Shown one piece after another: positions 40,827-54,107 of a DNA stretch of 64,000 nt. Made by a program: the position numbers and the translations under genes. The stretch covers positions 11,842,001 to 11,906,000 of the forward strand of contig OX597825.1 in NCBI GenBank assembly GCA_951406725.2, in the 5' to 3' direction. Position 1 is the first letter of the stretch. Every line of letters begins with the position of its first letter. The notes under the pieces are model-generated. The model saw nothing but the letters and a program-made list of their open reading frames with translations, made no database searches and had not been told where the DNA came from. The stretch comes from Octopus vulgaris. Taxonomy: Eukaryota.

Positions 40827-42480
40827 AGGCGATGAGCTGGCAGAATCCTTTGCACTCTGGACAAAATGCTTACAAAGTATTTTTTCCGTCCTCATATTCT
40901 GAGTTCAAGCTCTGAGGAGGAAACATAAAATAAGTTCGAATTAAGTATTGTTTTCGATGCAATTCACTTATATCCTCCCGTGAAATTTCTGGCTTTGTAC
41001 TAGAATTTGAAATCAATATATTCTTCTAATAAAGGCGGCGAGCTGGCGCAATCTTTAGCACGCTGGAAGGAATGCTTAGCGGTATTCCACCCGTTGCTAC
41101 GTTCTGAGTTCAAATTCCGCCGAGGTCGACTTTACCTTTCATCCTTTTGGCGTCGATAAATTAAGTACCAGTGAAACACTGGGACCGATATAATCGATAA
41201 ATCCCATTCCTCGAAATTTTATGCCTTGTGCCTGTAGTAGAAAGGCGGCGAGCTGGCACAATCGTTAACATCCCAAAATGCTTAGGTGTATTTCGTCCGT
41301 CTTCATGTGCTGAGTTCGAATTCCGCCGAGGTTGAGTTGCGTTTTAACCTTGAGGCACCAGTTGAGCGGTGAGATCAATGTAATTGACTGGCTCCCCACT
41401 CCGATCTTCATGCCTAAATTTGAAATCTATATTTGTTTCCTAATGTGGACACAAGGCCAGCAATTTTGCAGGAAGCTGCTCCGTGGAAACATCGATTTAT
41501 TAAATGCGACCGGATGAAATACCAAACTCAGTTAGTTTTGTCGGATTTGATCACAGAACGTAAAGTTCTGGAAGAAATACGCAAGGCGTATTCCCTAACC
41601 CTCTAACGATTCTGTTAACTCACCGTCATTATAGGATTTATTTATATTTTCTGAGGCGGCGATCTGGCAGAACCATGATTGTTCCACGCTAAATGCTTTG
41701 TGGCACTTCATCTACCTTTAGGTTCTACGTTCAAATTTCACAGAGGTCGCATGTGCCTTGCGGGCTGTGTGAAAAAAATTGAAACCTTAGTAGTTTTTTC
41801 TTCTATAGGCCTGATATCGTGAGGTAAGATTGGTAAGTCGACTACATCGACCCCATTACTCAAATGGTAGTTATTTCATCGACCCCGAAGGTTTGAAAGT
41901 CATTCTCAGTGAAATTTGAACTCAGAATATAAAGACGGAAGAAATACGGCTAATCATTTTGTCCGGGATACTAACAACTCTGTCAGGCCGCCCCTTCATA
42001 GCATTCATTAGTAATGAGTTTAAAATTTTCGTACAAGGCCAGAAATTTGTGGGGAGGGCGTAAGACGATGACATCGATCCTAGTGCTTCACTAGTACTTA
42101 TCATATCGACCCTGAAATGATGAAATTCAAAGTTAACCTCGGTGAAATTTGAACTTGAACGTGAAGAAGGACGAAATACCTATTTCTTTACTACCCACGA
42201 AGGGCTAAACACAAAGAGGACAAACAAGGGCAGACAAACTGATTAAGTCGATTATATCGACCCCAGTGCGTAACTGGTACTTATTTAATCGACCCCGAAA
42301 GGATGAAAGGCAAAGTCGACCTCGGCAGAATTTGAACTCAGAACGTAGCGGCAGACGAAATACGGCTACGCATTTCGCCCGGCGTGCTAACGTTTCTGCC
42401 ATCTCGCAGAAATACCGAAGGACGAAATACCGCTAATCGTCTTGTTCAGCGTGTTAACGCCTCTGCAAGATCGTGTAGTA
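40827..42480. mobile_element. Cluster of at least 7 family N SINE copies or fragments (plus-strand group, then minus-strand group)
   Basis: Plus-strand heads near 40827, 41032, 41242 and 41654; minus-strand copies at about 41800-41995, 42015-42180, 42180-42405 and 42410-42475. Confidence 0.85.
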
Positions 42481-42954
42481 TTCATTAATAATGCAATATG
42501 TATGTCAAATATAATTTCATCAATCTCGCAATTTTCGCCAAAGACAATATAGGTTGGAGAAAGAGAGGAAATATGTTTCCTTGACGAGAATACCTATTTC
42601 CTACTTTAGCAAAACTGACATTGTTTTCATTATATCTAATGTCACAGTAGAAGAAATTGAAAATCAAACTCGTTTATATTATTCGATTCTCGGACACAGC
42701 AGCTATTTCATTTTCAATACTTGAAAATGAAATAATTGATTCTTCGTTCATTTCGTTGACTACCTTACGTTCGTCTAGAAAAAAGAAATCTTTCCACATT
42801 CTGTTGGTGTCAGTCATTGGATTGCAGCCATGAACGCCTTGAAGATTTTAAGTCGAGCAGATTAACCATAGAGTCACTTTTATCGAACGGCTAAGATGCG
42901 GGCACATAAACTAACATCGGTTGTAGAGATATTAACAAAGACAGTCACACAACG

Positions 42955-43000
<46 letters not shown>

Positions 43001-44617
43001 ACACACACACATACACTCACTCATGTATATATGGTATATATGATGGGCATCCACACAGTTCCCATATATTAAATGTAGTCACAATAAGTCGTCGCATAGC
43101 TTTAATAGAAGCTACCTGCCCAACGTTCCATTCGTTAGTAAAGTATTTAAACTTTTGGCAAAAGACCAGCTATCTCCGAGAGGACGTAAGCCGATGTCAT
43201 CGACCCTATTGCATCACTAGTAGTTATCCTCTCGACCCTGAAATGATGGAATGCAAAATCCACCGCAGTGAACTCGAACCCGAGAGCACCTGTTTTACAA
43301 GTTAGCTTCTTAACCACATAACCATATCTGCGCTTATCCCTGCTTTTATCCTATAAATTTAGAAAAATTATAATTAAATGATCTTGTATAGGTTGGTAGT
43401 CTAACCAATTAGTTTAACGCCATGTCTTTTTCTTGACTGACTTAAATGGTGCATACTGCTGAGAGCATTCTAGGCAGGACTCCTGTCTGGGTCTAACTAC
43501 CTCGGGTTTCAAAGAATTGTGGAGCAAGAACAGAGCAAAGGGATAATTTATCTATAACAAATTTCAGATATGTTTTGTTATTTAGTATACTTGTTTAGTT
43601 ATTCGAATATATCTGCGAATGTTGCAATGCTCAGTATTCTTGCAAAAGGTCATTTCTCAGTAAGAAGTAGCCGGAGATATACAAAATATGATATAAATCC
43701 CTGTTGGTATAACACAGAACAATCAATGTAATGAAATTGTCTTCTTAAATTCAATGGGAGTTTATTATACGTTATTTTGTATTTCCTCGGATATTTTACA
43801 CGGAGTTGCTCTCTTTCATGGTAATGGCGAACATAATAACATTTTGAAATTGCAATGGTCATTTCAATCATATTCAAGATAGTTTTATGATATTTACAAA
43901 CACTGTAGCATACAAGACAATTAGGTCGTGTTCAATAAACGATTGACGTGATCGAAATTGCTAAAAGGATTTTGATTATCGTAAACGAACACTGAAACGA
44001 GACGTTGATAACGACCAATCACATTGTAGCCGTTAATTACTTGGCAGCCTACGTGCATTCATATAATGCGATGTCAGCTTCATACTTTTGCATTTTTTAC
44101 TGAGGTGATTGGTGATTTAAACAATAAGAAAATAAAAGAGCGTCACAATAGCTGTCGGCAGGCTGTTCTTTTTTCATTTTAAAGTTTATTGGATGAGAAC
44201 TTACATATTTTTCCTAGCATATCAATAAATTTATCAGGGAATTCACAGTTTTAACAAATGAAATCGCTTATGAATATAATGTGAATGAATTATATATCTA
44301 TGTATATATATATATATATATATATTATATGTTTAGAACTCTTTTCAACATAAACATAACGATAACTCTTCTCAACATAAACATAACGACGTAAGAAATT
44401 TTAAAAGCTAAACGCGAAACCGGTCTTTCTTCTAAATTATGTCATTGTAAGAAAATAATTTATAATATTCTTCAGACATATTGACTTAAATATATATTCT
44501 TTAACCTTTTAAAACAAGCCTTCTGTAGTTTTTTCACTTTTTACTATTTTCTATATATATATATATATATATAAGAAAGTGATATAAAGATTGCAGACTA
44601 ATTGTTTAATTTGTAAG

Positions 44618-45055
44618 TACGCGGTCTGATCAATAAGTATTCGCACTGTTGCTATAGTAACTAAACTAAACCACTCAGAGTAAAGCCGCCGGAGAAAAAT
44701 TGACCTCGAATTCAGTTGTGCATGCGCGCTACGTTATAACATTGTAGGTCGCTTCTGCTGTTTACAGCAGTGCTTAGAAGGAAGGTGTGTAGCGTGTGAT
44801 CGATGCAGTGACCATGACAGAGAATGTCAGACAGAAAATTTGCATGAAATATTGCCAAGAGCTTGATGATACCTGTTTAGAATTCAACATAAAGTTTTCA
44901 AAACAGGTTTCATCGTTCTCGACATAATCAACTGAAACTCGGGTGTCTTTTTGGTCAGCTGGATGCAGTTTTGACAAAAACTTGGCAGGCATGCGTCACT
45001 AACCCAAATCCTCAGTGATTATGAACTGAACTGAACTCTAACTGATCTGCCCATC
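44618..45055. mobile_element. Rearranged mariner remnant: 5' end on plus strand joined to an inverted internal fragment
   Basis: TA plus TIR-like CGCGGTCTGATCAATAAGTAT at 44618; MTENVRQKICMKYCQELDDTCLE from 44814 (+); TEDLG..RMPAKFLSKL..DQKDTRV on the minus strand (cf. TEDLGMRRVSAKFVPKLL). Confidence 0.7.
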
Positions 45056-46319
45056 TTCTGATAACTGAGTAACTATGGGATTTTCTTCTGATAACTCGGT
45101 AACAATGGGATTTTCTCGGTACCTATGGGAGCTATGAAAAAATACAAACCGCATTCCAATCTATGCAGCCGTCTCCTCATGTGTGCCATTTTTCACGCGA
45201 ATCCACCAAGCCATTTGCCTGTGAACATGAAGGCAAGAAAAAATACAGCAATCGCCCATGTCCAATTTGTATTATAGATATACACGAGAGACATCCACGT
45301 AGTTTCTGTCTCCTAAATTCATTTCATGAAGCATTGGTCTCTTTCTATACTAGAAAACTGCAGCTCAAGTTACTGCCCAGGGAGATTGAAGCCTAAACCA
45401 CGTGACTGAAAGCGACTCTCTTAACTAGACAGCCATAACATTTTAAATCGAAATATTGCATAATATCATATCTAACAAGAAAGTGCTTTCAGAAGATACA
45501 TCACATACTTTTAATATAGAATATGAAAGTAGACCGTCTTTCACAATTTTTCAATAATTTTCTTTTTAATATTAAAGTAGTTAGCTTTAATTCTATAAAT
45601 ATGATAATATTTCTTTTGGAGTTGTGTCATAAAGAAAGCGTGAACGGAGAATGATTCACCGTAGTTTTGAATTGTGATAAGTTAGCACGTCAAGACATGT
45701 CTCGATCGAAATTCAGTTCAGGTTTTTCTCTGAAATAAATCCTCAGTATATATGAGTTCGAAAAATATGTTTTCATTAAAAAAAAACAAAATTTAGCCAT
45801 TTCAATTTTGCAATTATGTAGATGCTAGCTAAAGTTTCAGTAAATATGCATATTGGAGACATCCAAGATACCCAAGTAATACATCATCTTCATTTATTAT
45901 AAGCAGTATATTTAGACATAGGCTAGAAGCTGAGTGAAACAGGGAATCTGAGTGGTGCCTGACTGCTTCGTGGATGATCATTTAACCGATTATAGTGTAG
46001 GGTGTCGGGCAAGCTTCCTTAATGTCTTGTCAACACTTCTATCGTTCCTACTTCGTATCTAGATTGCTAAGGAGAAGCATGATATGATCCTATTTTATGC
46101 ATAATATCGATATAATTATATAAATATTTTTCCATTCACAGAGATATATCAGAGATACTAATACAGTATACTTGTCAACATGAAATGTGCGTTCATTCAA
46201 AAATCAAGTTTGGAATTGGTGATAGAGACTTATGTCTTGGAAACTAAATTCTTTTCTCTTGAAAATCAACTGTTTTTATGTTTTATTTTATTCTTGCTGA
46301 TAACACAGTTCGGAATATT

Positions 46320-46750
46320 TCTTTCGGTTATAGGCGTAAGGCCGGAAATTTTTGAGGTAGCGGGGATTAGTCGATTACATTGATTTCAGTGCCTGATAGG
46401 AACTTATTATAGGTACTAAGGATGAAAGGCAAAATCGACCGGAGCAGAAGTGAAGAATATGGAACGCTTTACGGATAATCTGTGTATCGTTCCAATTTGA
46501 GAAAATATATTGCCGACGTTTCTACTCACAGTTCAGAAATATTGGTTTCAAATTTTGGCACAAAGCCAGCAATTTCGGGGTAGGGGATAAGTCGATTACA
46601 ACGACCCTAGTTCTCATGTGGCACTTATTTTATTGACTCTAAAGAATGAATACAATCTCAGCCCCCGCGTTAATTTGAACTTATAACATACAGAGGGACG
46701 GAATGCTGCTAAACTTGCCAACGATTCTGCCCGCTCGCCACCACATCACT
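46320..46750 (-). mobile_element. Two diverged family N SINE copies
   Basis: GTCGATTACA and GGATGAAAGGCAAA core motifs. The second copy is bounded by TTCAGAAATATT at 46532-46543 and 46750-46761. Confidence 0.7.
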
Positions 46751-47807
46751 TCAGAAATATTAAATTAAGAAAAGTGATGTGGCTGAAATGATAAAAACTT
46801 ATGAGAAATTCTTTCCTGCAGCGATTCAGGATAAAATTCTTGTTAACTCAACTCGTTAGTCGTGAATTTTGTTTTGGCTGCAGGAGTGTAATTGAATTTA
46901 AATGTTTACACTTTACTGTATTATAGCATATTATCCTTATTATCAGAATCTAAATTGCTTATATATAGCAGCAGAGTGAATGAGAGTGAGATAGGATTAC
47001 GAGTCAGCAAAACGATAACGAGTTTTGCTTTTCTAAATAACAAATTGATAACAATATTGAAGTTGCTATCGTAATATCAATATTTCCTGTAATTAAACCT
47101 GAAACCAAATTAATTTTCTAGCAAGGTAAAATAGTTTAAATGCCTTAGTGAGATTGACAGATTATCTGAATACTAATCTGAAGGTGTAACATTTTTAAAT
47201 GAAATTACATTCTCTCATAAATCATTATTGTCTTTTAGAGACGAACTTTGCGTAACGTACTGAGAAATGAACGATTTGTTAATGAAGAATATCGTCTACA
47301 AGAAATTGTGTGAAAATAAAATAAAGATGTGCTGTTGCGTCTCATGCATAATACTTATAAAAAATATTCACTCCAAAATGAATTCTGCCAATGCTATTTT
47401 TAGTAATAAGTTTCAATTTCGTATATTTCTCCAAAATTCTTTCAAATAGGTAACTGAGTACAATAATGTATAGGCCCAATATATTCATCTTTAAAATGCA
47501 CTATCTCTATATTACTCTATCAGTCTACCGACCAAATTACTGGCTGTGGTTATATAACGTTGATCACAATTTGCTTCCGCGCGTTGTTGTGGATTTCAAA
47601 TGATGACACGCAGTTGTGTAGGCGGGCAGGACAAATTTTCTATAAATATTTTCTATAAACATTTCTCTTGTTACACATTTTACATAAACTTCTACGCGAA
47701 GTAACTGTAGTATTAATATTAATAAAAGAAGGAATATTAACTATGGCCCCTACATGGCCTTGCTCCCCCTACATGGCCTTGCTTTTTTGCTTTTTGAGCC
47801 AAAAAAT

Positions 47808-47846
<39 letters not shown>

Positions 47847-48129
47847 GAGCACGTGTTTCGGTATTTTGGTAATATGCAAGGAAAATTCTTTTAAATGATT
47901 TGTGTCTCGTCTATTTAAAATTCTGCCCCATCCCGTCAAAAACTATAAACTTTAAAATAATTTAAGTACTGATTGAAACAAAAAAACTCATAAGAGCTGT
48001 GAAGAGAGTTCAGGTTAAATCTGAAGTTTTGCTTGAGGAACCGAAAAAAATGAATCTATTTAGACAAAGGCAAAATGAAAGCGTTGCTATACAGGTTAAA
48101 AGAAAGCTTAATATTTTAGTGTAACTTCA

Positions 48130-48335
48130 ATGCTGCTTCGAAATCTTGGAAAAACCCAGTGATTTCAGGTAAAGATTTAATTTGATTATACCGATCCCAG
48201 TATAATTTATCGATACTGAAATGACGAAAGGTAAAGTCGACGTGGGCGGAATTTGAACCCAAAACGCACAGACGGGACGAATTGCCGCTAAGCATTTTGT
48301 TCTGCGCGCTAAATATTCCATCAGCACAGTGCCTT
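48130..48335 (-). mobile_element. Diverged family N SINE
   Basis: GAAAGGTAAAGTCGACGTGGGCGGAATTTGAACC...GCCGCTAAGCATTTTG. Confidence 0.7.
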
Positions 48336-49344
48336 TAATTTACCTCCAATATTGAAAAACAGAACAAAAAAACCAAAAGTGTCTGGTTGCCAATTTGATG
48401 TCTCTTACGTGGATAATCGATTATCAATTATGACTGTTTTTTTCTGAAGCCGTAAATATGGAAATAGAAAACAAGAAACGATAATAAAAAATCAGTCTCA
48501 ACGTTTGTCCTAATCAGGATGAGCAACCATTTAGAATCACCCTTATTAGATCGTTATAAAAAATTAATATCATTTAGTGCTTCTCAAAGATATTCCATCC
48601 AAAGCTGTTTAACGATGCTTACCGAAACACACCTTTGCGCACCTGACCTAAATAATGGACTACATAAATTCAGGTATTAAATGAAGCATAAAATATAGAA
48701 AATAGGATGACACGTTATCACTTTGTGCAATTATGTATTGATAGAAACCTTTAATGTTAACAGCATGTTCTTTCTGAATATGTGTGCGCGTACAATTACT
48801 TCATTTATGAATATGTTTAATATATTCTCGTATACGAAATGTAAAATGTACAAAATCATTGGACATATTATTTTTAAAGAAATTCTAATTCATATTCAAA
48901 ACTATATGAATAATTTGTTAACAAGTTCTTGAAATTAATTTCAGTTTTAATTGACTTAGCGTGATGCATATTAACATTCATTAGATCTGTTTTAGAACTG
49001 GAAATTACAGGTTGAACAGATACTGTCCAAAAACAATTACTTGTACGATAGATTTTAAAGCTGAACTGCCCCGAAGTGTTTCTGGATTAAAATTAAGTAA
49101 ACACCACAGTGCAATTAGCAAATGTCTTAAAACATGGACAACAAAATATAATTTAATATAGAGCAAAAAGGATGTATGTTGTTCACGTCTGAGCACGGAA
49201 TAAATATTAAACTTAACGGATAAAACATAAACCACGTCATTTTTAACAGCAAAAATCATACTTACAACGTATGAATTCTTATGATGGCGCCAACATTTTA
49301 TCTCACGACGTGCATGCATTTCCCAGGATTTGAAAATACACAAG

Positions 49345-49444
<100 letters not shown>

Positions 49445-49459
49445 GTATATATATATGTG

Positions 49460-49544
<85 letters not shown>

Positions 49545-49749
49545 TTATATATTCATGCATGTATGTATGTATAGATAGTTAGATAGATAGATATATAACA
49601 TTTACCGCTTCGTTGACCAGTCTGTCAGATATCGTTATACAGATAAGACGAATTAAGGTTATTTCTTCGAAAATCAGTATGGAAATCTAGAAAGAAGTTT
49701 GGGTCTCCTTACTTTGATGTTTTATATAAACCCACGCATAAAGAGGGGA

Positions 49750-50900
49750 AATATCAGTAATTCCAATCCTATGTATGTATTCTCTGATAAAGCACGTAGT
49801 TTTTTTAACAATTTTATTATATAGACAAAAACAGCAATAGAAAACATCGAAACAAAGACGTATCACTGTTTGGTCTTCTAAGCCTTAAACAAAGATAACA
49901 AAATGGCTTACTTCAGGATACTTAATATGATTTGCCATTAAATCATGAAAACTGCAATTGAAGCTGAAATACGTGGCAGCAATTACTTCTACTAAACGAA
50001 CTTAGTATTATCCGAAAGGCCACAATCTCTCTTTAATTGAATCGTTTCTATTCATCTAATGCACATCTCTAAAATTGATGTTGGCCATCTTAGCAACATC
50101 ATTCTTCATAGAACCTTTTTCTTTAGCAGTCATATACAACGTAATCACTGGAAAAAACATTCCGGGTCTTATCAACTGAGTAAAAATCTATTCCTCAGAA
50201 ACAACTCACTAAAAGGAATTCAAACTGATTCTGCTATTACTATTTTTCAATTAATTCTCGAGTATTTCACAAAGTTATTGTGTCTCCCAACTCAGTCATC
50301 GTGACCAGTTCAGTATGAAATAATCTTAGTATAAAAAATAAATATTTTAACTTTGGACTGTTCTCTCTGCATTACAAACACTTCTCAAACATCTGTCAGC
50401 ACAAAAGTACCAGTGACTCTGCAGAGATAACATCCTTTGTCACATTACCTACTTAAACTAATATTACTTACGGTTATAGGCGGAATATGCTATGACAACA
50501 GTTATTTCACATTATCTAAGCAAAAATAAACTCGGTGAATAGGAACAAGATATTTGTTTAGAAAATACAGTACTTCAATGGGCGTCGAAGCTTACAGATA
50601 TATTGTTAATTTCTTGGATGCTACATTGAAATCTCATATATATTTTCCATTTCATAAGTTATGAAGTTCCTCAAATTTTCAATTATCTAATATTTCTGCT
50701 AATACAGACATTTTTAGAGATCTTCCACAGTATTTTAATAAGAGCATAACTGGTTGTACGTTTCCAAAAAGGGAGAAATAGAAAAATGGAAAACCATATA
50801 AATAATTTTATAATCTTTCATTGGATTAAACAGCGTCACTCTCTAGCGAAATAATGTTCTCTCCAGGACCAGAACTAATATGTCTGAAATAGAATCTCTG
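49750..50900 (+). mobile_element. Decayed Penelope-like reverse transcriptase
   Basis: In order: SKIDVGHLSNIILHR...RNHWKK (cf. KSEIGxISKxILDxIN...NQWKN), DSAEIT at 50415 (cf. DGAEI), GGICYDN (cf. GLYRDD), VNFLDATLKSHIYFPFHK at 50605 (cf. VNFLDVTLxLxxxxYxPYxK). Confidence 0.55.
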
Positions 50901-51962
50901 TAACTTTTAATTACAGCAGCCATTGCAGATAATATTGTAATTTGTAATATTTGCCAATTAAAAGGGAAAAAAAAAATGAACTTATCTTTTAGCAATGAAA
51001 TACCCGTATTCAATGTCAGCCTCATTCTAATTATTTAACCATATATATCAGTCATATTACCACAGCTAAGACATCCATAACACACACAGACACACACACA
51101 GCACAAACACAAACAGACGCTACGCACACACCACACACATGCACACGCACATACAAACAGACACACACATAATTCTCTCATCGAATTCATTCCAAGCAGG
51201 ATTTTTTCTTTACAACAATTCTTTAAAAATCTCAATACAGCTTTCTATTCCAATTAACTAGTATTACGTAAACATGCTTCCCCTCATGCCTTGTAATGCC
51301 TTGATAGAATGCATTACAAATTACATACCGAGGAAAACAAAACGGACGTATTTTTCTAAAGTGTCTTTATTAAATAAAGACTGACGAAACTGCTACACTA
51401 TACAATGGTTTTCTCTATTCTTTAATTAGGTTCCTTATTCTTACGCCATTGATTTGATATGATTAATGGGGTGCCTTTGAATGGGCCTATCTACCCGCAT
51501 CTCTCATTACTTAACTTTATAGCCATCGTTAATGAAATTTGTGGGAGTGTGGACAAATTACACGATTCACCTCAACCTTTGCAGCCTGTTGTTGTTACTT
51601 CTGTTGTTTCTCTTGGAGTTGTATCTGCTGTTGTTGTCGGTGTTGTTGTTGTTGCTAACCTTTGTGAGTTTGTTAACTCCTCGTGATTTTCTAATTTTTT
51701 GTGAGTTGTTAAAATCTTCGTCGAGTTTATTTATTTCTCCTGAGTTGTTTAAATTCTCATCGCCTCTGTTAAAATTATTATTAATGTTGAATTGTTATAA
51801 AGCCCACTTCGGTATACAGTACACTTAGTAAAACCAGTAACGATACGACAATCTCTGACCGCTTAGTAAGTACTCTGTTACTTCACGTACTTATGTTTAA
51901 TTATAGTGAATAGGTTATTCCATTCCTCACGTGGGAGGGATGTACTATTATTAATAATTCCC

Positions 51963-52006
<44 letters not shown>

Positions 52007-52011
<5 letters not shown>

Positions 52012-52212
52012 TCCAAAACATGAAAACACAAAGGGAAAACACAACAACGTGAGGAGGTGGAACAAATATAGTATTATTGGACGCTCAGGAAGGAAGGCAA
52101 GAAGGAGGGTTTAACGTTTCGAGCGGGGCTCTTCGTCGGAAATATAGGAGAAGGAAAGATCCAGAGAAGAGAAGACAGAGGAAAATAATCGCCAAAGGTA
52201 CACACGCGGTCA
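52007..52212 (-). mobile_element. Family P pLTR-like repeat with hammerhead motif at 52143-52109
   Basis: Minus strand TTT-CCGACGA-A-GAGC-CCC-GCTC-GAAAC-GTT-AAA. Homologous to 24314-24510 and adjacent to (TA)n. Confidence 0.7.
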
Positions 52213-52847
52213 ATGTTAAGAATTATCTCTCCTACAATGTATCTCTCAATGTTGGATTATACGATTACTGGTAGTCACGTTTAATTGATGGAGAGAAAAT
52301 TATCATACAGATAAGTCAACATTTTTTTTACTAACATTTCTTATTCCTACTTTTATTCCACGTTTCTGTTCATTATTTTCTAAAGTAAAATTATTCCAAC
52401 AACTTTTAGTTATATAATTTTAGTTTGTCATGTCTTTATATAGGATGTAAATAACAAAATAAGTTCATATAAGATAGACCTGAAGATTGGCAATATAATC
52501 GTTTTAATAGGCTATTGTATAGAGGCATTCTATTTCAGCAATATCGAAGAATAAGTTGTAATGAAACGCGTGTAGTTTAGATAATGTAAAGTATATGATT
52601 TGTAATAAGAATTGAAGGTATTAATTTTGATAATTTGGAATAAGACTTGTAGGTATTAATTTTGATAATTTTAATATTTAGTCCTATATGCACATATTGT
52701 GGATAATGTATTTCAATGATGATCGAGTTGCTGGAGGGTGATTCTGTCTCTTAAACTTATCCATTTATATGTATGTATATATACATATATGTGTGGGTGT
52801 GGGTGTATGGAAATGGACGCATCGCGTTCAATTAAATAATAATCATA

Positions 52848-52970
52848 GTAAACACAGAGAAAGGGTCTTTCATCAGTTGTCGGCTGAGTACCTACTCCGA
52901 ATTTGAATGCTCCTAATGAGGAGTAGACAAAGAGAAGACAACTGAAGAAGGATCCTTTCTCTGTGTTTAC
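52848..52970. repeat. Imperfect inverted repeat (34-bp arms, 31/34), probable inverted pLTR junction
   Basis: 52848-52881 versus 52937-52970, with an inner CTACTCC/GGAGTAG pair. The arms carry CTGA(T/A)GA. Confidence 0.75.
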
Positions 52971-53614
52971 TTGTCCCGTTTTCCTTTTTTCTTTCGTTTT
53001 TTGACGTATTTAACTCGTTTGTTTACGCACTTCATGGTGTTTGCATCATTGGTGACGTCCTCTACCTATATATATATATACCTGATGTGCGTGTATACAC
53101 AAAGAATATACGCTAATGTACATAAATATATATGCGTTCCCAAGATGTATAGTTTTATGTACACTTGTATATTAATACATATCTACATATTTTTACACTG
53201 CCACATATATGTTTGCATGTATGTTTTTTGTATATCCTTTAATATTTCATTGTGTATGCATGTTTATGTCTCTCTCTGTATTTCACAATACGCTTACGTG
53301 AGAATATATGAGTGTGTGCGTAAGTTGAATGGTATGTGAGATGTTTTGAATTAAAAAGTTAATTTCATATATCAGTTTCAAAAATTTCTTAAAAGCCTTC
53401 TCACGATTTTCACATCAATTCTCTCCCCAAATCCCCTAATCCTTTTAATCATCTCCTTCCTTTTATTTGTTAAAGATTTCTAGAAACTTCCGTTGTTCAA
53501 CATGAATATGAGGTCCAATGTCTTTCATAATTTTCTAATTAATTATTTACATTAAAATACCTACTTTATTTTAATTTATTCCATTATTACATATCCATAA
53601 TCTCTCTCTATATG

Positions 53615-53691
<77 letters not shown>

Positions 53692-53697
53692 GATACG

Positions 53698-53736
<39 letters not shown>

Positions 53737-54052
53737 TGCATATATATATATATACATATACATGCATATATATGTATATATATATATAGATATAGATACA
53801 TACATATACATTCATACATATATATATATAAGTATATACATATGTGTGTACGTGTAAATATATGTATATATATACATATGTTTGTGTATATGTAAATGTA
53901 TGCCCATATATAAATATATAAATATATAGATATATTCATATTTATATATTCATATTCATACATGTTTATATATATAATGTACATATATGAAGAGTGTATG
54001 TATATACAGTAACGGAATATATTAAAATAAAATAGGCATTTTAGGCATATAC

Positions 54053-54107
<55 letters not shown>

